A DNA stretch of 57,822 nt, the filler included, from Globobulimina sp. (lineage: Eukaryota): the NCBI GenBank assembly GCA_003354225.1. It is 7 parts of 7 records of this genome, joined end to end, with 100 filler letters (N's around TTAATTAATTAA, not from the genome) between each part and the next. Parts side by side here need not be neighbours in the genome. Positions count along the whole stretch, not along the records: positions 16,703 to 24,915 come from PIVH01000092.1; positions 25,016 to 33,194 come from PIVH01000093.1; positions 33,295 to 41,424 come from PIVH01000094.1; 4 more parts are not named here. The stretch is one strand, 5' to 3'. Positions within the stretch are counted from its first letter, which is position 1. Each line of letters begins with the position of its first letter. The position numbers were made by a program, and so were the translations under genes. The notes beneath the pieces were generated by a model that did no database searches, had not been told where the DNA came from, and saw only the letters and a list, made by a program, of their open reading frames with translations. Positions 22,880 to 34,830 of the stretch are shown in pieces.

Positions 22880-23356
22880 TTAAATAGGTTTGGAATTGAC
22901 TCTATTGAAATAGTAAGCCATTTGGTTTTCGTTTTTCTGAAATCCACACCGTTCATAAAAACCTACCGTTCGATCAACACAATCTAAGATCACTTTGTAA
23001 CATCCATTCTGTTTGGCATAATTCACTGCATAATTCGTAATTAATTTTCCTAAGCCTTTTCCTCGATAATTACTGTCAGTGACAACGTCTTCGATATGTC
23101 CAACACGCGAGCAGTTGTGAGAGAATTTCTGCTCAATCAGGAGCGTAATTGTTGCAATTATCAATTTTTTCGATTTATCTTCGATTACAAATGTCGATTG
23201 TAATGGATTAGATTTCATTATAGCAAATGCTGCCTTATACGCAATTTTACTCACATTTCCCATTTCTGCCAATTGACTCAACAAATCGATATGGCCTTTA
23301 TCGTAATCTGAACCCTCCAATTGCCGAACAGTAAATCTTTGTTGCATTTGGGACAT
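22880..23356 (-). CDS. GNA1: Glucosamine-6-phosphate N-acetyltransferase (GNAT family)
   Basis: LLIEQKFSH...GHIEDVVTDSNYRGKGLGK...GCYKVILDC...FYERCGF. Confidence 0.93.
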   Translation of the reverse strand: MSQMQQRFTVRQLEGSDYDKGHIDLLSQLAEMGNVSKIAYKAAFAIMKSNPLQSTFVIEDKSKKLIIATITLLIEQKFSHNCSRVGHIEDVVTDSNYRGKGLGKLITNYAVNYAKQNGCYKVILDCVDRTVGFYERCGFQKNENQMAYYFNRVNSKPI

Positions 23357-23402
23357 TGTTTTAGTAGGAGTAGAGATATAATATTTCTAAATACTTAAAA
23401 AA

Positions 23403-24915
23403 ATGTCAGCAATGACTGAGACAACTGAAGGTAGTGGAGAAATGGATCTACGAACTTGGTTGCAAGAGAATAAATTAACGTCATTGCTAAAGAACCAGCG
23501 GTTTATGGAATATATTGATGAACAAGAAGCGTCTTTAAATGATATATTAGCATTAAATGAGAATGAATTGAAGTTATAATCACATACTAATATATATACT
23601 ATACTATACTTTGCCGTAGCTTTATTTGGAAGGTATAGCTTATCCTTGCACACCGTGTGTGTAATGGTTAAACTGTTTAGAAATCCTTTTAAACAAATGC
23701 ACGGTCAACGTATTTAAAGAACGTGCGGCCATTTGTCCAGAAGTGTTCTAGCTATTTTTTCTATCCTCGCACATAAAGGGGGATCTTCCACAAATTGTAC
23801 ACTGAGTGCGAGGATACAAAAATAGAACATTTGTATATTTATATTTTGATATGTACGTTATTGTGACATTTAACAGGGGCTTTATTGAAGAATGTAGTTT
23901 ACGCGTTTTAGAAAAGAAACGATTTTTACTTTCGTTGGCAAAATATCGTAAAAATGATAAAAACGAAAAGAATCCATGGCCCGCAAACGCAGCACAGCCA
24001 ATTATTATAATTCGCGGCGAAGCTGAACAAATAGCAATTGACGAGGTAGAAAAAGAAGAAAAAACGCTTCAAAACTATATCGAAAATATCAATGAGTCGA
24101 TTGTGAAAACAAGACAAAACGCAAAGCATTGTGAACATTTAATTGATGAGGAATTTAATAAAATGACTGATATCATGAAACAAAGAAGAATTGCATTAAA
24201 GAAACAATTAAAAGATATTGAAAATAGAAAGTTATCGCTTTATAAAAATAATTTAGATAAAATTGTAGCAGTTAATAATAACATAAAACGTTTGCAATCT
24301 GCATGGAATAAAATGTTGTTTGATACAAATATTCAACAAAAAGTGCGACGAAATAAAATTAAGTTGGAAGCAGAGAATATATTAAAAAAAAGTAAAAATA
24401 CCTTAAAACATGAGGTTGTTGGTGCTGTGGATGAGACGTTCAATGTTAAATTCAATTCAACTGAGAATTATAAAGTTATGTAAGTGTGTTATGTGAGGTT
24501 AGTTCGATCGATATCAACTTATGTGTTTTGTGACAGTTTATTGCGGATATTGGGAAGGTTGATGGCAATGAAGTTGTTCCGCAATTGTCAGTGGTGAAAG
24601 TGTATCAAAATAACGTGGATATAAATATTGAAATTAAAGTAGATGATGATATTTTGTTATATGGATTACAATGTAAAGAATTGGTGGATCAAACGCATGC
24701 TGTTGCCGATGAGAAGAAAGATGAGGATTTAAGTCGATATTTAGAGATTAAGGTAGTGTGGGAATTAAATAATTGAATTTGGATGAAATAATATAAGGCC
24801 ATCGGTATCTTATTGTATACAAATTCAATTATTTGATTCCCGCACTACGTCAAGGAAAGTAAATATACAATAAAAAATTTGAAATATACGACTGATTATT
24901 CGTTGAGAGCTAAAA
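23403..24915 (+). CDS. Multi-exon protein with SAM-like N-terminus, coiled coil and FN3-like C-terminal segment; truncated at the contig end
   Basis: ATG at 23403 reads MSAMTETTEGSGEMDLRTWLQENKL; coiled-coil ORF 23806-24483; YTIKNLKYTTDYSLRAK at the contig end. Exon boundaries are not fully resolved. Confidence 0.55.
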
Positions 24916-25018
24916 NNNNNNNNNNNNNNNNNNNNNNNNNNNNNNNNNNNNNNNNNNNNTTAATTAATTAANNNNNNNNNNNNNNNNNNNNNNNNNNNNN
25001 NNNNNNNNNNNNNNNAAA

Positions 25019-27279
25019 TTGAATGTCGAAGAAGGCTGTAGATCCAACCCGCAAGTTATTGCAGGATCAGATGGCTGCAACGAAGGTGTTTACGACATAG
25101 TTGTGGAAAAATGTCAAGAGGCCAGAGATGGATTAAGACGCTGCTGTTATGAGATTGGTGGCTCTTTCTGCGACGTTTTACACACTGCCTGCGAGATTGA
25201 TGTGTGTATATTGGGCACGGATTACCCCGACAGAATTGACGAATTTATCGCGAATCAGTTTGTTGCAGATATCGAAGAGGAATGTGCCAATCATCCCGGC
25301 GAAGGTGGGCCATTCCCATTCTTATTGTACGAATTCGACGGCGATTTGTCTGAAACCATTAGCGGCAAAGACCCCAAATACGACTTACAAATCCGTGGCG
25401 ATGCCCATGTGGGCGAAGGCGTGTTATTTTGCGACGGCGCCGGTGATTACGTGTTTGGCGAACATAACTTGGATATGGGCTTTGTTTCTCACAGTTTGGA
25501 AGTCTTGGTTCAAATCACTAACTTGGACATTCGTTCCGGTGGTATGATTTCGTTGGACAGCAAGTATACGAACGATGAGCCAGCTTCCGGCTACGCCCAC
25601 GACCAATTTGACTCCATTGTGTACGCCGAGCGGGTGCCGGGAAAAACGATGATTGGCTCTGAGTATTTCCGTAGAACTGATACCCAGGACGGTGGGATGT
25701 CGGCAGCCACTCCAAACACAGAGTACGTGGCAACCAATTATGTGGCTGAAACCGTAGCGAATGAGTTTGTGCATTTCGTAGCTACGTTCGATGTCGAAAA
25801 TAACAGAGCCAAGTTGTATCGCAATGGCGTGGTGCAATTAGATTATATCCCAACCGATGGTTTTATGGTCAAAGAGGCCGACTACGGCGTTCGAGTTATG
25901 TTTTGCGAACGGCATCTTGGTGCGGGCGGTTCTGAGTTTTCCGGCAAGATTAGATTCGGAGCGTTCTATGACACTGCGATCAGTGGCGACGAGGTGCGGC
26001 AGTTATTGGAGGCCAAAGTGAATACGGACTTTGCTGACACCGTTGAGCTTATTGGCGATGAATTGCGACCCGGTGACACGTTGCAGCAAGAACAGGCTTT
26101 GCGGTCAGTTGACGGATTATTTCTAGTGCTCATGCAGAGAGACAGCAACTTGTGCACTTATAAGACGCCCGTACGGGGCTATGATTGGTGTGCATTTACG
26201 CAGGAGACCGAGGCGCAGTATCTCCGGTATAATGAGGACGGCAGTGTGGCGTTGTATGACAGTCACGATGCGTTGGTGAAGGAATTAGCCGAAGCTAATG
26301 GGAATGCGGGCCGTTTGATTATGACCAGACATGGCGACTTGAGGGCGTATGACGGAGAGGGAAAAGTGTATTGGCGGTCCGGCGGCGAGGCGGTTGGACA
26401 GTGTGCCAGCGACGACTGGATAGCGGCGTGGTATGATGGCAGTTCGCTTGATTTAGATGTGCCGGAATGGAAAGATTTATCTGGGAAAGACAATACTGGC
26501 GTTATCACGGGCTCCGGAATCGGTGTATTTGACGGCACTGCGGAGGAGAATGCAGAGTTGTATTTGAATGGCGAGCCGGTGGTCTATGGCACCCATGCTA
26601 CCAAGGTTGCGTTTGGACTGAATTTGGTGGTTGGCGAGAAACATACGGTGTTCAATTTGTGTAAATATCGCGTGACTGGCAGTAAGGGCAGGATTATCAA
26701 TGCGGGAGAGACCAATTCTTTGTTTGGATTCTGGGGCGGCCGCAGTGGCGTCGCCCACGAGCAGGGCTGGGAGACGGACACTAGCAATCGGTTTGGAAAT
26801 GAGTGGGTGCTGTCGACGCAGACGCATACAAAGTACAGAGGCAATCGGGTCAATTATGCGGATAGAACGGCCGGAGGTGTTCCCAATGGGATTGGTCATT
26901 TGTATATCAATGGTGGTATGTATAGTAATGAGGTGTCTGACTGGGCGTGCGCTGAAGTGCTGATTGTGAATAAGGAGTTAACTGATGCCGAGATTGAATG
27001 CGTTGAGGAATATTTCCGCGGTAAGTATGATCTCGCACCTCCTCCTGCTGCGCAATCGGGATTATTCAATTTTGATATCAATAGAGTCGGTGTGAATGGT
27101 GAAGCTGGTACCTGGCATTGGGGTATTTGATGTATGCGATTATGCTGTTGCTTGCAGTGAATGTTATCGGTGCTGCGGTTGTTTGCTGTCGAAGGAAAAG
27201 AAAAGTAAGGTATAAGGTGGTCTCGGTTGACACTGATACGGATATCGATTCCGAGGATCAAGTTTTAGTAAAAAGTTAA
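25019..27279 (+). CDS. 5'-truncated surface protein: Cys-rich segment, LamG/ConA-like, bulb-type (B) lectin, second LamG-like domain; the TM and tail lie in a shifted frame (27103-27279)
   Basis: QRDSNLCTY, NEDGSVALYD and RHGDLRAYD fit QxDxNxVxY lectin repeats. The downstream frame reads YLALGYLMYAIMLLLAVNVIGAAVVCCRRKRK. Confidence 0.7.
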
Positions 27280-28059
27280 ATAGCAATTAATTCAAATTTA
27301 TAATAAAGGCATTTTTCGTTGACTATTAAAAGTGTGGTAGTCATCTTTACTTTTTTTTTACTTTTTTCCTACGTTAAATGCCATTTAAAAAATAAAATGT
27401 TTGTTGGTTTCTTTCTTTTGTACTGAACATACGCATTCTTATCGTTTTGTTTCTTTGTTATTACTTTTTCACAATAATAAAAAGCAAAATGACCATTTGC
27501 AATGACAGATACTATACCGGATTAAAATGACCTACGCAACTTAATTCTTTTTTTGTTGTGTTGTCATTTAATTATCGTTTATCGATACCTGGTTGTGTTT
27601 GAAATTGAAATAATTTTTTTTGTAACGTTTTTTTCCAATGCGTATTTTCAATTTTTTTTGTAATATTTTTCCTCTTTTTCGTGAGCATTCCATCAAACTG
27701 CTTTATATATAATACTTGTGATTTGTGTTTTTGCGTTGTTGTATGTTTTTTTTTTTTAATATAATATAATATCTATTTTCTGCAACAACTATATATTGTA
27801 CTTCCAAGAAGTCCATATCAAACACACATCGACATGTTTTGCTTGATGTGCCATAAACTGTAGACAATTTTTTTAGAATGATTATACTCATTACAGTACG
27901 TTAGAATACTCATATGGAGATTTACATGCAGTGGAAGGATAATGTATACAATTTCAAAATAAAAGTGTTTCAAACACCTCATATTTCAGTTTTGTTGTTT
28001 AGATATTAAAGTTTTCTTTAAGTGAGGTCCTCTTTTATAGAAAAACCCAAAGAGTGAAC

Positions 28060-30597
28060 ATGTATTACTCTCACACGTTACCTGCACAGCATTGTGTTTC
28101 AAAACCAGAGCACATAGAAAGAGCTGTCTGTAGTCAACAAACAACCACAAAAATTCCAAATGGTACCACTAAGACGAACATCAACAAAGGTAATCAAACC
28201 AACGGTAAATCCAATTGCAATCCACCCAAACAATCATCATTCAAACCACCACCAATTTCGACCTCTACACCTTGTACATCTTCTACATCTCATAAAAATC
28301 CACCTGTCGTCGCTCCATCTCCTCAATCACCAGCAAAGCATAAACATCATAAAAAGCGTGGAAAGAGCAGTCGGGATAAACAAACACACGTACGTATTTA
28401 TTATATACATTTAATCACATTTTACGCAATTCTACATATTAATACATGTAAGGCACCGATATTAATATTTCCATATTCATGGAACCCAAACGTAAAAGAC
28501 GACAAATATGAAAACAACAAACAATTTCATAAGAAATGCAAGCATATCCCACCACGAATCACCATCCAGCACGGCATCGACCATTTACTTTCTCCCTCCA
28601 AATGCTCGAAGCGCTATCTATCCGCTTACTGTTTAAACCTACATCAATTAACCACCGCCACCTCTTTATTAGAGTGCATCATTAAAAAACTAACGCCTGT
28701 TATCAAGCAATTGCATCACATCACAAACGAACCAGTTACATCATATTCACATTCACATAAAATAATATCTCCCTCCATATCACCCACCGTCGAATATGAA
28801 CCAACTACATCCACATCCAACGCATCCAATGCATCCATCTCGTTCACGCAATACGCACTAAACAACACTGTCAACACTGCCCGCACGCCTTCACCCATCC
28901 AAATGCAATTAAATGTAATCCACGACAACGATGAACATAACATCACCACTTCGCCCATATCCATATCACTCGCTCTATCGCCCAACAAAAGCGCCCAAGC
29001 CATGTCCATGGTGAATCTCAAAAACGCAGCACATTCCCTACCCACAATCACCAGTAACAACGGACACGGCGTACATACCATACCTGTGCCCCTCAGTGGT
29101 TTAGATTTAGTCGAAACGCGTTCCTGTCCTGACTTAGACAACGAATATCATTCCACCTCCGATGACCAGCTGCAAAACGCCACCACGCCGCCAAAATGCT
29201 GCCTGTTATCCGCAGCCGCCACCAATTGCAATCAGTTAAACTTAAAGAAAGAGAAAAGCATCGACTATAAAACCAAAATGAAAGCGTACTGCATAGCGAC
29301 CATCAAACACAACATCGACATTATTTATCATTGGATCTATTATTATCCCGCAGACTTTGCCGACGCTGAGTTACTGCAACGTTTATTAACATATATATCC
29401 ACAGTCAAACGCGACAGAGATAAGGCCATAAACGATGCCAATACGCAGCGTTCGTTGCTGCGGAGATGGAACAAGTTATTGCAGCTAATACAGCATCGCA
29501 AGCCCGACATGAAGCATTCCTCCATACTCTCCTCCTCCATCAGCAATCTCCGCATAATCCCCAAAATCCGCAGACACGAAAAAAAAACGTCGTTCCAGTT
29601 CACCGACTCCTTCTTCCCGCCGCGCGAAATGGTGCAGAAATTGGGCGGTGGCATCGATTTGCTTCACGTGCATCCGGCGTTGGTCGCGGATCAGTTGACA
29701 CTGATCGATACGGAGATTTTTTTGCAAATCGGCGCGCGCGAATTTACGAATCAAGCGTGGCAGAACCGGCCCAATTTGAACGAGACGCAGTTTATTAATG
29801 ACGAGGAGGGCGACAATGAGACCAATTTCTGTTTGTATGATAGGTTAAGTCGGCAGAAAATAGACGCGCCCAATTTGCTGTATATGATTGACCACGTTAA
29901 CAGGTTGTCGTTGTGGGTGGCCACGGAGATATTGTCTCGGTCCACCACTGCGGAGATGGCGGATTTGACCAAGTATTTCTATGTGGTGGCGCATCGCTGC
30001 TTGGAGCTGTGTAATATTCATACGTGCACTGCCATATTTGGCGGGATCTGTTTGCAGCCATTGACCCGGTTGCGGCGGCTAAATAGGTATTTGTCGGACG
30101 ATCAACAGATACAGCAATTGCATGCGGCTTTGAGTGAGATGGTGTGTTCCAATGATAACTATAAAACGTATAGGAATTTTATGCAGCAATGGTTTGATAC
30201 GCATAGTAATACGCCGTGTATTCCCTTCATACCGGTGGTGATGAAGGATTTGTTCCAGATACAGTTGCAATTGGTGACGAGGGCGGTGTTGGATGAGGGG
30301 GAGGAATATAAGCAATATAAACAAGAGCAGGCGTCGAAATGCATTGATTTGGGTCTGTTGGAAAAGAATTGTCGACATATTCGGAGAGTGTATGAGACGC
30401 AGCAAAAGGCGAAGTTGTATGCGAATCAGTTGCCGGCGGATACCGATATTCAGTCGAAATTGAGAATGAATATTGCCAAGTTTGAGACACATGAGACTTT
30501 ACGAGCGTGGTCGTTCGAAATGCAACCAAAGTTAACCAAGGAGGATAAGGAGAATTTGGAAATGATTGATACTTTGGAGGAATTTGGCTTTTTATGA
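28060..30597 (+). CDS. RasGEF (REM + CDC25 domain); an in-frame intron is probable near 28390-28452
   Basis: HWIYYYPADF, ADQLTLIDTEIF, HVNRLSLWVATEIL, SNDNYKTYR, PCIPF. Confidence 0.9.
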   Translation: MYYSHTLPAQHCVSKPEHIERAVCSQQTTTKIPNGTTKTNINKGNQTNGKSNCNPPKQSSFKPPPISTSTPCTSSTSHKNPPVVAPSPQSPAKHKHHKKRGKSSRDKQTHVRIYYIHLITFYAILHINTCKAPILIFPYSWNPNVKDDKYENNKQFHKKCKHIPPRITIQHGIDHLLSPSKCSKRYLSAYCLNLHQLTTATSLLECIIKKLTPVIKQLHHITNEPVTSYSHSHKIISPSISPTVEYEPTTSTSNASNASISFTQYALNNTVNTARTPSPIQMQLNVIHDNDEHNITTSPISISLALSPNKSAQAMSMVNLKNAAHSLPTITSNNGHGVHTIPVPLSGLDLVETRSCPDLDNEYHSTSDDQLQNATTPPKCCLLSAAATNCNQLNLKKEKSIDYKTKMKAYCIATIKHNIDIIYHWIYYYPADFADAELLQRLLTYISTVKRDRDKAINDANTQRSLLRRWNKLLQLIQHRKPDMKHSSILSSSISNLRIIPKIRRHEKKTSFQFTDSFFPPREMVQKLGGGIDLLHVHPALVADQLTLIDTEIFLQIGAREFTNQAWQNRPNLNETQFINDEEGDNETNFCLYDRLSRQKIDAPNLLYMIDHVNRLSLWVATEILSRSTTAEMADLTKYFYVVAHRCLELCNIHTCTAIFGGICLQPLTRLRRLNRYLSDDQQIQQLHAALSEMVCSNDNYKTYRNFMQQWFDTHSNTPCIPFIPVVMKDLFQIQLQLVTRAVLDEGEEYKQYKQEQASKCIDLGLLEKNCRHIRRVYETQQKAKLYANQLPADTDIQSKLRMNIAKFETHETLRAWSFEMQPKLTKEDKENLEMIDTLEEFGFL

Positions 30598-30898
30598 ATG
30601 TGTGAGCGTCGTTTATATTTCATATTGTTCCAACTTTAAATTTTAATGTTTTCGTATATAACAAGTGTTTTTTTTATTTTTATTTTGGATGATTATATAA
30701 TTAATCTGTTGCTTTACAACATTGTTTCCATATATTTTTGTGTTCATATTGTTATTGTTATACTGTATCTGCATTTTTGTGCAAGGATAGACTTAAAATT
30801 TATGTTACGCTGTGCAAGGATGTAACAATAAAGTGGAAGGAACGAAAAGTTTCACATCAAACACCAAAAAAACATAAAGATACACATTTTTTGTTATT

Positions 30899-31348
30899 TT
30901 AACCAAGCAGTTCTCTGATAAATTTATCGACGTCAACATCTTTGCCATCCAAAGGTATTTGTTTACTAAAATCACTGACCGTGTCTTGTGTACATTCATC
31001 GTTATATGCTATCAAGAAATGGCACATTTCATCAATATGTATTTTCTTATTTGCGGGATTTCGCAAGACACCAAATGCTTTCTCCAACTTGTCATCATCG
31101 AAAGGTGGAGCAAATTTTGCTTTTAATACACTAAGAAAACTATCAAATTCAACGCTTCCATTATGATTTGGATCTGCTGCTTCTTCCATTTCCATAGTTT
31201 CTTTTACCGATAATGGTGGCAATCCAATGCTTTCCAAAAGTGGTCCTAACTCGCTTGTTTTCAGTTCTTTCTCGTCATCATTGATTTTTAACTTAAATTG
31301 TTCTTTTAATTCACGTACTCTTTCAGCATTAAAAAATGAATCTGCCAT
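30899..31348 (-). CDS. Calmodulin/centrin-like EF-hand protein
   Basis: ELKEQF, ADPNHNGSVEFDSFL EF-hand loop, LEKAFGVL; about 150 aa. Confidence 0.8.
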   Translation of the reverse strand: MADSFFNAERVRELKEQFKLKINDDEKELKTSELGPLLESIGLPPLSVKETMEMEEAADPNHNGSVEFDSFLSVLKAKFAPPFDDDKLEKAFGVLRNPANKKIHIDEMCHFLIAYNDECTQDTVSDFSKQIPLDGKDVDVDKFIRELLG

Positions 31349-31479
31349 CAATAAGAGTTATAAGACTCAATATGAAAAGCTATACGATACGTCCAAAATG
31401 GCAAAATGTTGTACTTGAAAATGTGTAATCAGCCAGAACGTTTTTTATTCTTCAAAACTAAATACATCAATATTAAGCA

Positions 31480-32311
31480 ATGGGACGCTTTGATGGGCAA
31501 ATCGCATTGATTACAGGAGGGACTAAAGGAATCGGCTTAGTTAGGTTAAATTGTAAACATTTATAGATAATTGATGAAAATATATACTATACAGGCAATA
31601 GCAAAGAGATTAGGAAGTGAAGGAGCAACGATTGTAATATGTTCAAGGAAACAAGCGAGTATTGATGAAGCATTGAAATCATTAAAAAAAGCAAATATAA
31701 AAAATGTATATGCGACAACATGTCATGCTGGAAAAGAAAATGATATCAAATCACTTATTGATTTCACTGTAAACAAATGTAATTTGAAAAAAATAAATAT
31801 TTTAGTTGCCAATGCTGCAACGAATCCATTTGTTGGTGATATAATGCAGTCCGAAGTGTCTCATTGGAATAAAATTTATCAGGTCAACTTATTGGGGCAA
31901 TATCTGTTATGTAAATATAGTTTGCCGTATATGGTGAAAGGCGAATCGTGCATAATAATAAATAGCAGTATCGGAGCATGGAGTTTTAGCAGTGGTCCTG
32001 GAGCTATTCCTATTTATCATTTATTTAAGCTGGCACTCGTTGGTTTGACCAAAACCTTATCAAAATCGTTAGCACCAAAAGGTATCCGCGTAAATGGTGT
32101 GGCGCCGGGCTTGGTCCGTACAAAGATGTCAAAAGTGTTATGTGCTGCAGTTGATAGTGGGAGAGTTGATATGAAAAACATTTCTGATTCTGGGCGATTA
32201 GGAATACCTGAAGATATTTCAAGTGTCGTTGCGTTTCTTGCCTCAAAAGATGCTGCTTATATCTCAGGAGAAACTATTATAATTAATGGTGGGACATCAT
32301 CCAGATTATAG
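31480..32311 (+). CDS. Peroxisomal short-chain dehydrogenase/reductase, DHRS4-like; intron 31540-31594
   Basis: Exon 1 MGRFDGQIALITGGTKGIGL joins AIAKRL; also ANAA, YHLFK (YxxxK), IRVNGVAPG and a C-terminal SRL (PTS1). Confidence 0.88.
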
Positions 32312-32709
32312 AAAATTTATTGTGCTTCTTCTTAATTAATTTGACAACATTCGTTTCAACGTTCAGTGCTTAGCTATGCGGTCTTATATAGCATTATCCA
32401 TACATTAAATACCAAATCCGTGAGCTCTAATAGTATGGGACGGTTGCCCGGAGCTAAAAAAATGCTGTACAGTAGCTTAGATATTTTTGTATTTTCGATT
32501 AGAATTTCAGGCGAAGAGTCATTTTTACATTTTGAATTTCTCCTTAAAGGTAAGAAAAGTTTAGAATGATTGATAGCAGGATTTACATGAGGTGTAAATG
32601 AAAAATGTAGGCAGAGTATGCGTGATTTGCTGTTATTGATAAATTTATGCAAATATCAGTTAGCGACAAGTCGTTGCAAAATAAAATGAATACTCAACAG
32701 ATTAAAATT

Positions 32710-33194
32710 GATTGAAACTAAACAAATTAACAAAAACAACACGAACAGAAACATTATTTTGGGTGCAAAAAAACAAATATTTTATATACATAATAAATAA
32801 TTTGAAAACAGCAAAAAAAATAAGAAAAAAAGATCATGCAACAAAAGACAATCATATCCATGAACAGCGTATAAACAAATTAATAAAAACACAAATAAAA
32901 TGAATAAAAATGATAAATATTTATTATTGTCAAAAACCAGATTATATTTTGGAGCAGAAAAACAACAAAAAAAACTAATATAATATTTTATTTACATAAT
33001 AAATAAGTTGAAAAAACAGCAAAAAAAAAATAAAAAAAAGCGCATGTAACAAAAAATAACCATACAATGATATATCTAAAAAACAAACAGAACAAAACAG
33101 AAAATTAACATTATTTTAACTACTAAAAAACAACAAAAAACTAGTAGTATTTGATATACATAATAAATAATAAATAATTTGAAAACAGTAAAAA
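32710..33194. repeat. A-rich imperfect tandem repeat (about 3 copies, unit about 170-205 nt)
   Basis: acataataaataa(t/g)ttgaaaa..cagcaaaa recurs near 32788, 32993 and 33158, ending at the contig break. Confidence 0.7.
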
Positions 33195-33403
33195 NNNNNN
33201 NNNNNNNNNNNNNNNNNNNNNNNNNNNNNNNNNNNNNNTTAATTAATTAANNNNNNNNNNNNNNNNNNNNNNNNNNNNNNNNNNNNNNNNNNNNTACATA
33301 CAGTGCAAGGATAATGTATAAAGGTGTTTCAAATTATAATATGCGGGTTTCCTTGAAGTGGTAGCTGAAAAACTTAAAAATACGATCCATCGTTATTTTG
33401 AAC

Positions 33404-34723
33404 ATGGAGCTCTTCAATCGGAAGATGTTATTTATTTGTTTTCTTGCCGTATTACAAATAGCATGCGCAGCAATTATTTTTTTGACCCAATCAACTTATT
33501 TGAAAGATGTATTTCCTGGCAACAAACAGCTATCCATGCACGACAATGCTAATGATTGGACAACATTGGCGGATCCGGACAAACATCGGACACACGTTGA
33601 CCAACGATTTTGTGATGCAGAATATCTGAATGACAAAGTCTTCAACAACACAGTTTTATTGGTCTGGCCTCGCATTCCGAAAACAGCAGGAACGAATTTC
33701 TTGGACTTATTGTCACGGTTCAATAAGCTCAACAATGTTAGCTACAGATATCTGACCGACAGCCCACATTTTGCCTATGCTGCCTATAAAAGCCCTGTTC
33801 GGCCCGGAAATATTGATTATCAAAACCCGGTGGAATTTTGGTCCGATGAGCTTCCCACAAAAGGCATGAATGAACAAAATATGAATAAATTAATGGCATT
33901 GGAATTGAATATGAGCGCTCCAAAGCATTTGCCAGTTCTGCCATTGTTTCACGGCCATTTGATATTTATTCCATTTTTGGATGCAAATTATAGAAATATT
34001 TTATTTCGAAATCCCAGTAAATATCCTGCTGATAACCATTTATATGCACTGTTCAATGCGGGTCGGATAAAATATATGTCGATGATCAGAGATCCATTGC
34101 AAAGGATCGTGTCTTCTTATCTTTATATCAGAGGACAAAGTGGTGGATGGAGAGGTTCGTCAAAAGGATATAAGCAGACTATAGATGCGATCATGAATGC
34201 AACTAAAAATTCCACTTTTGATGAATGTGTTGTTGACTATGTGTATGGCAGTAATATTTGCGCATTTTCTTCAAATTATTTGGTTGGATGGTTTTGTGGC
34301 TATGATATCGAGATTTGTAACAGATCGAATTTAACAAAGTTGTCATTGGACAGAGCAATTTATAATATTAATAAATATTTTTCTTATATTGGTGTTTCTG
34401 AGTATTTTGATGAATCAATAAAATGGTTTTTCAGAAAGTTCCCGCAGTATATACTGCAAAATGAAAAGTACATTCGCAGGAATGATGAGAACTGTTTGTT
34501 TACGGACTGCAGTTTCCAATTTAATAACATATTTTGGACGGATTTCAAAAACGAAACTGACAAACTCAACGCAAAGAGACAAAATCATGGATATAATTCA
34601 CAAAAACACAATTCAACGCAAAATAAAACTATAATGAATCTGTTGTATCAAAAAAATGAATTAGATGTGGAACTATATAGATATGTCGTGGATAGATTTA
34701 AGCGCTGCATTATGAATGAATGA
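33404..34723 (+). CDS. Golgi type-II membrane carbohydrate sulfotransferase (HS2ST/UST/Gal3ST-like)
   Basis: N-terminal TM; 5'-PSB motif RIPKTAGT; 3'-PB motif RDPLQRIVSSY; NELDVELY. Confidence 0.88.
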   Translation: MELFNRKMLFICFLAVLQIACAAIIFLTQSTYLKDVFPGNKQLSMHDNANDWTTLADPDKHRTHVDQRFCDAEYLNDKVFNNTVLLVWPRIPKTAGTNFLDLLSRFNKLNNVSYRYLTDSPHFAYAAYKSPVRPGNIDYQNPVEFWSDELPTKGMNEQNMNKLMALELNMSAPKHLPVLPLFHGHLIFIPFLDANYRNILFRNPSKYPADNHLYALFNAGRIKYMSMIRDPLQRIVSSYLYIRGQSGGWRGSSKGYKQTIDAIMNATKNSTFDECVVDYVYGSNICAFSSNYLVGWFCGYDIEICNRSNLTKLSLDRAIYNINKYFSYIGVSEYFDESIKWFFRKFPQYILQNEKYIRRNDENCLFTDCSFQFNNIFWTDFKNETDKLNAKRQNHGYNSQKHNSTQNKTIMNLLYQKNELDVELYRYVVDRFKRCIMNE

Positions 34724-34830
34724 TTGATTTTGCTTAATACAATATATAATATATATTTGTTTTGTGCTATGGCTATGCCTAATATCTAATTAACAACAAA
34801 TTTGTACAATTTCATCATAAGTGACATTAA

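Noticed and set aside
32374-32903. Short ORFs 32374-32652 and 32712-32903, and the many 60-180 aa antisense ORFs in the track
   Set aside because: No recognisable motifs; they are shadows of real genes or lie in low-complexity repeats.
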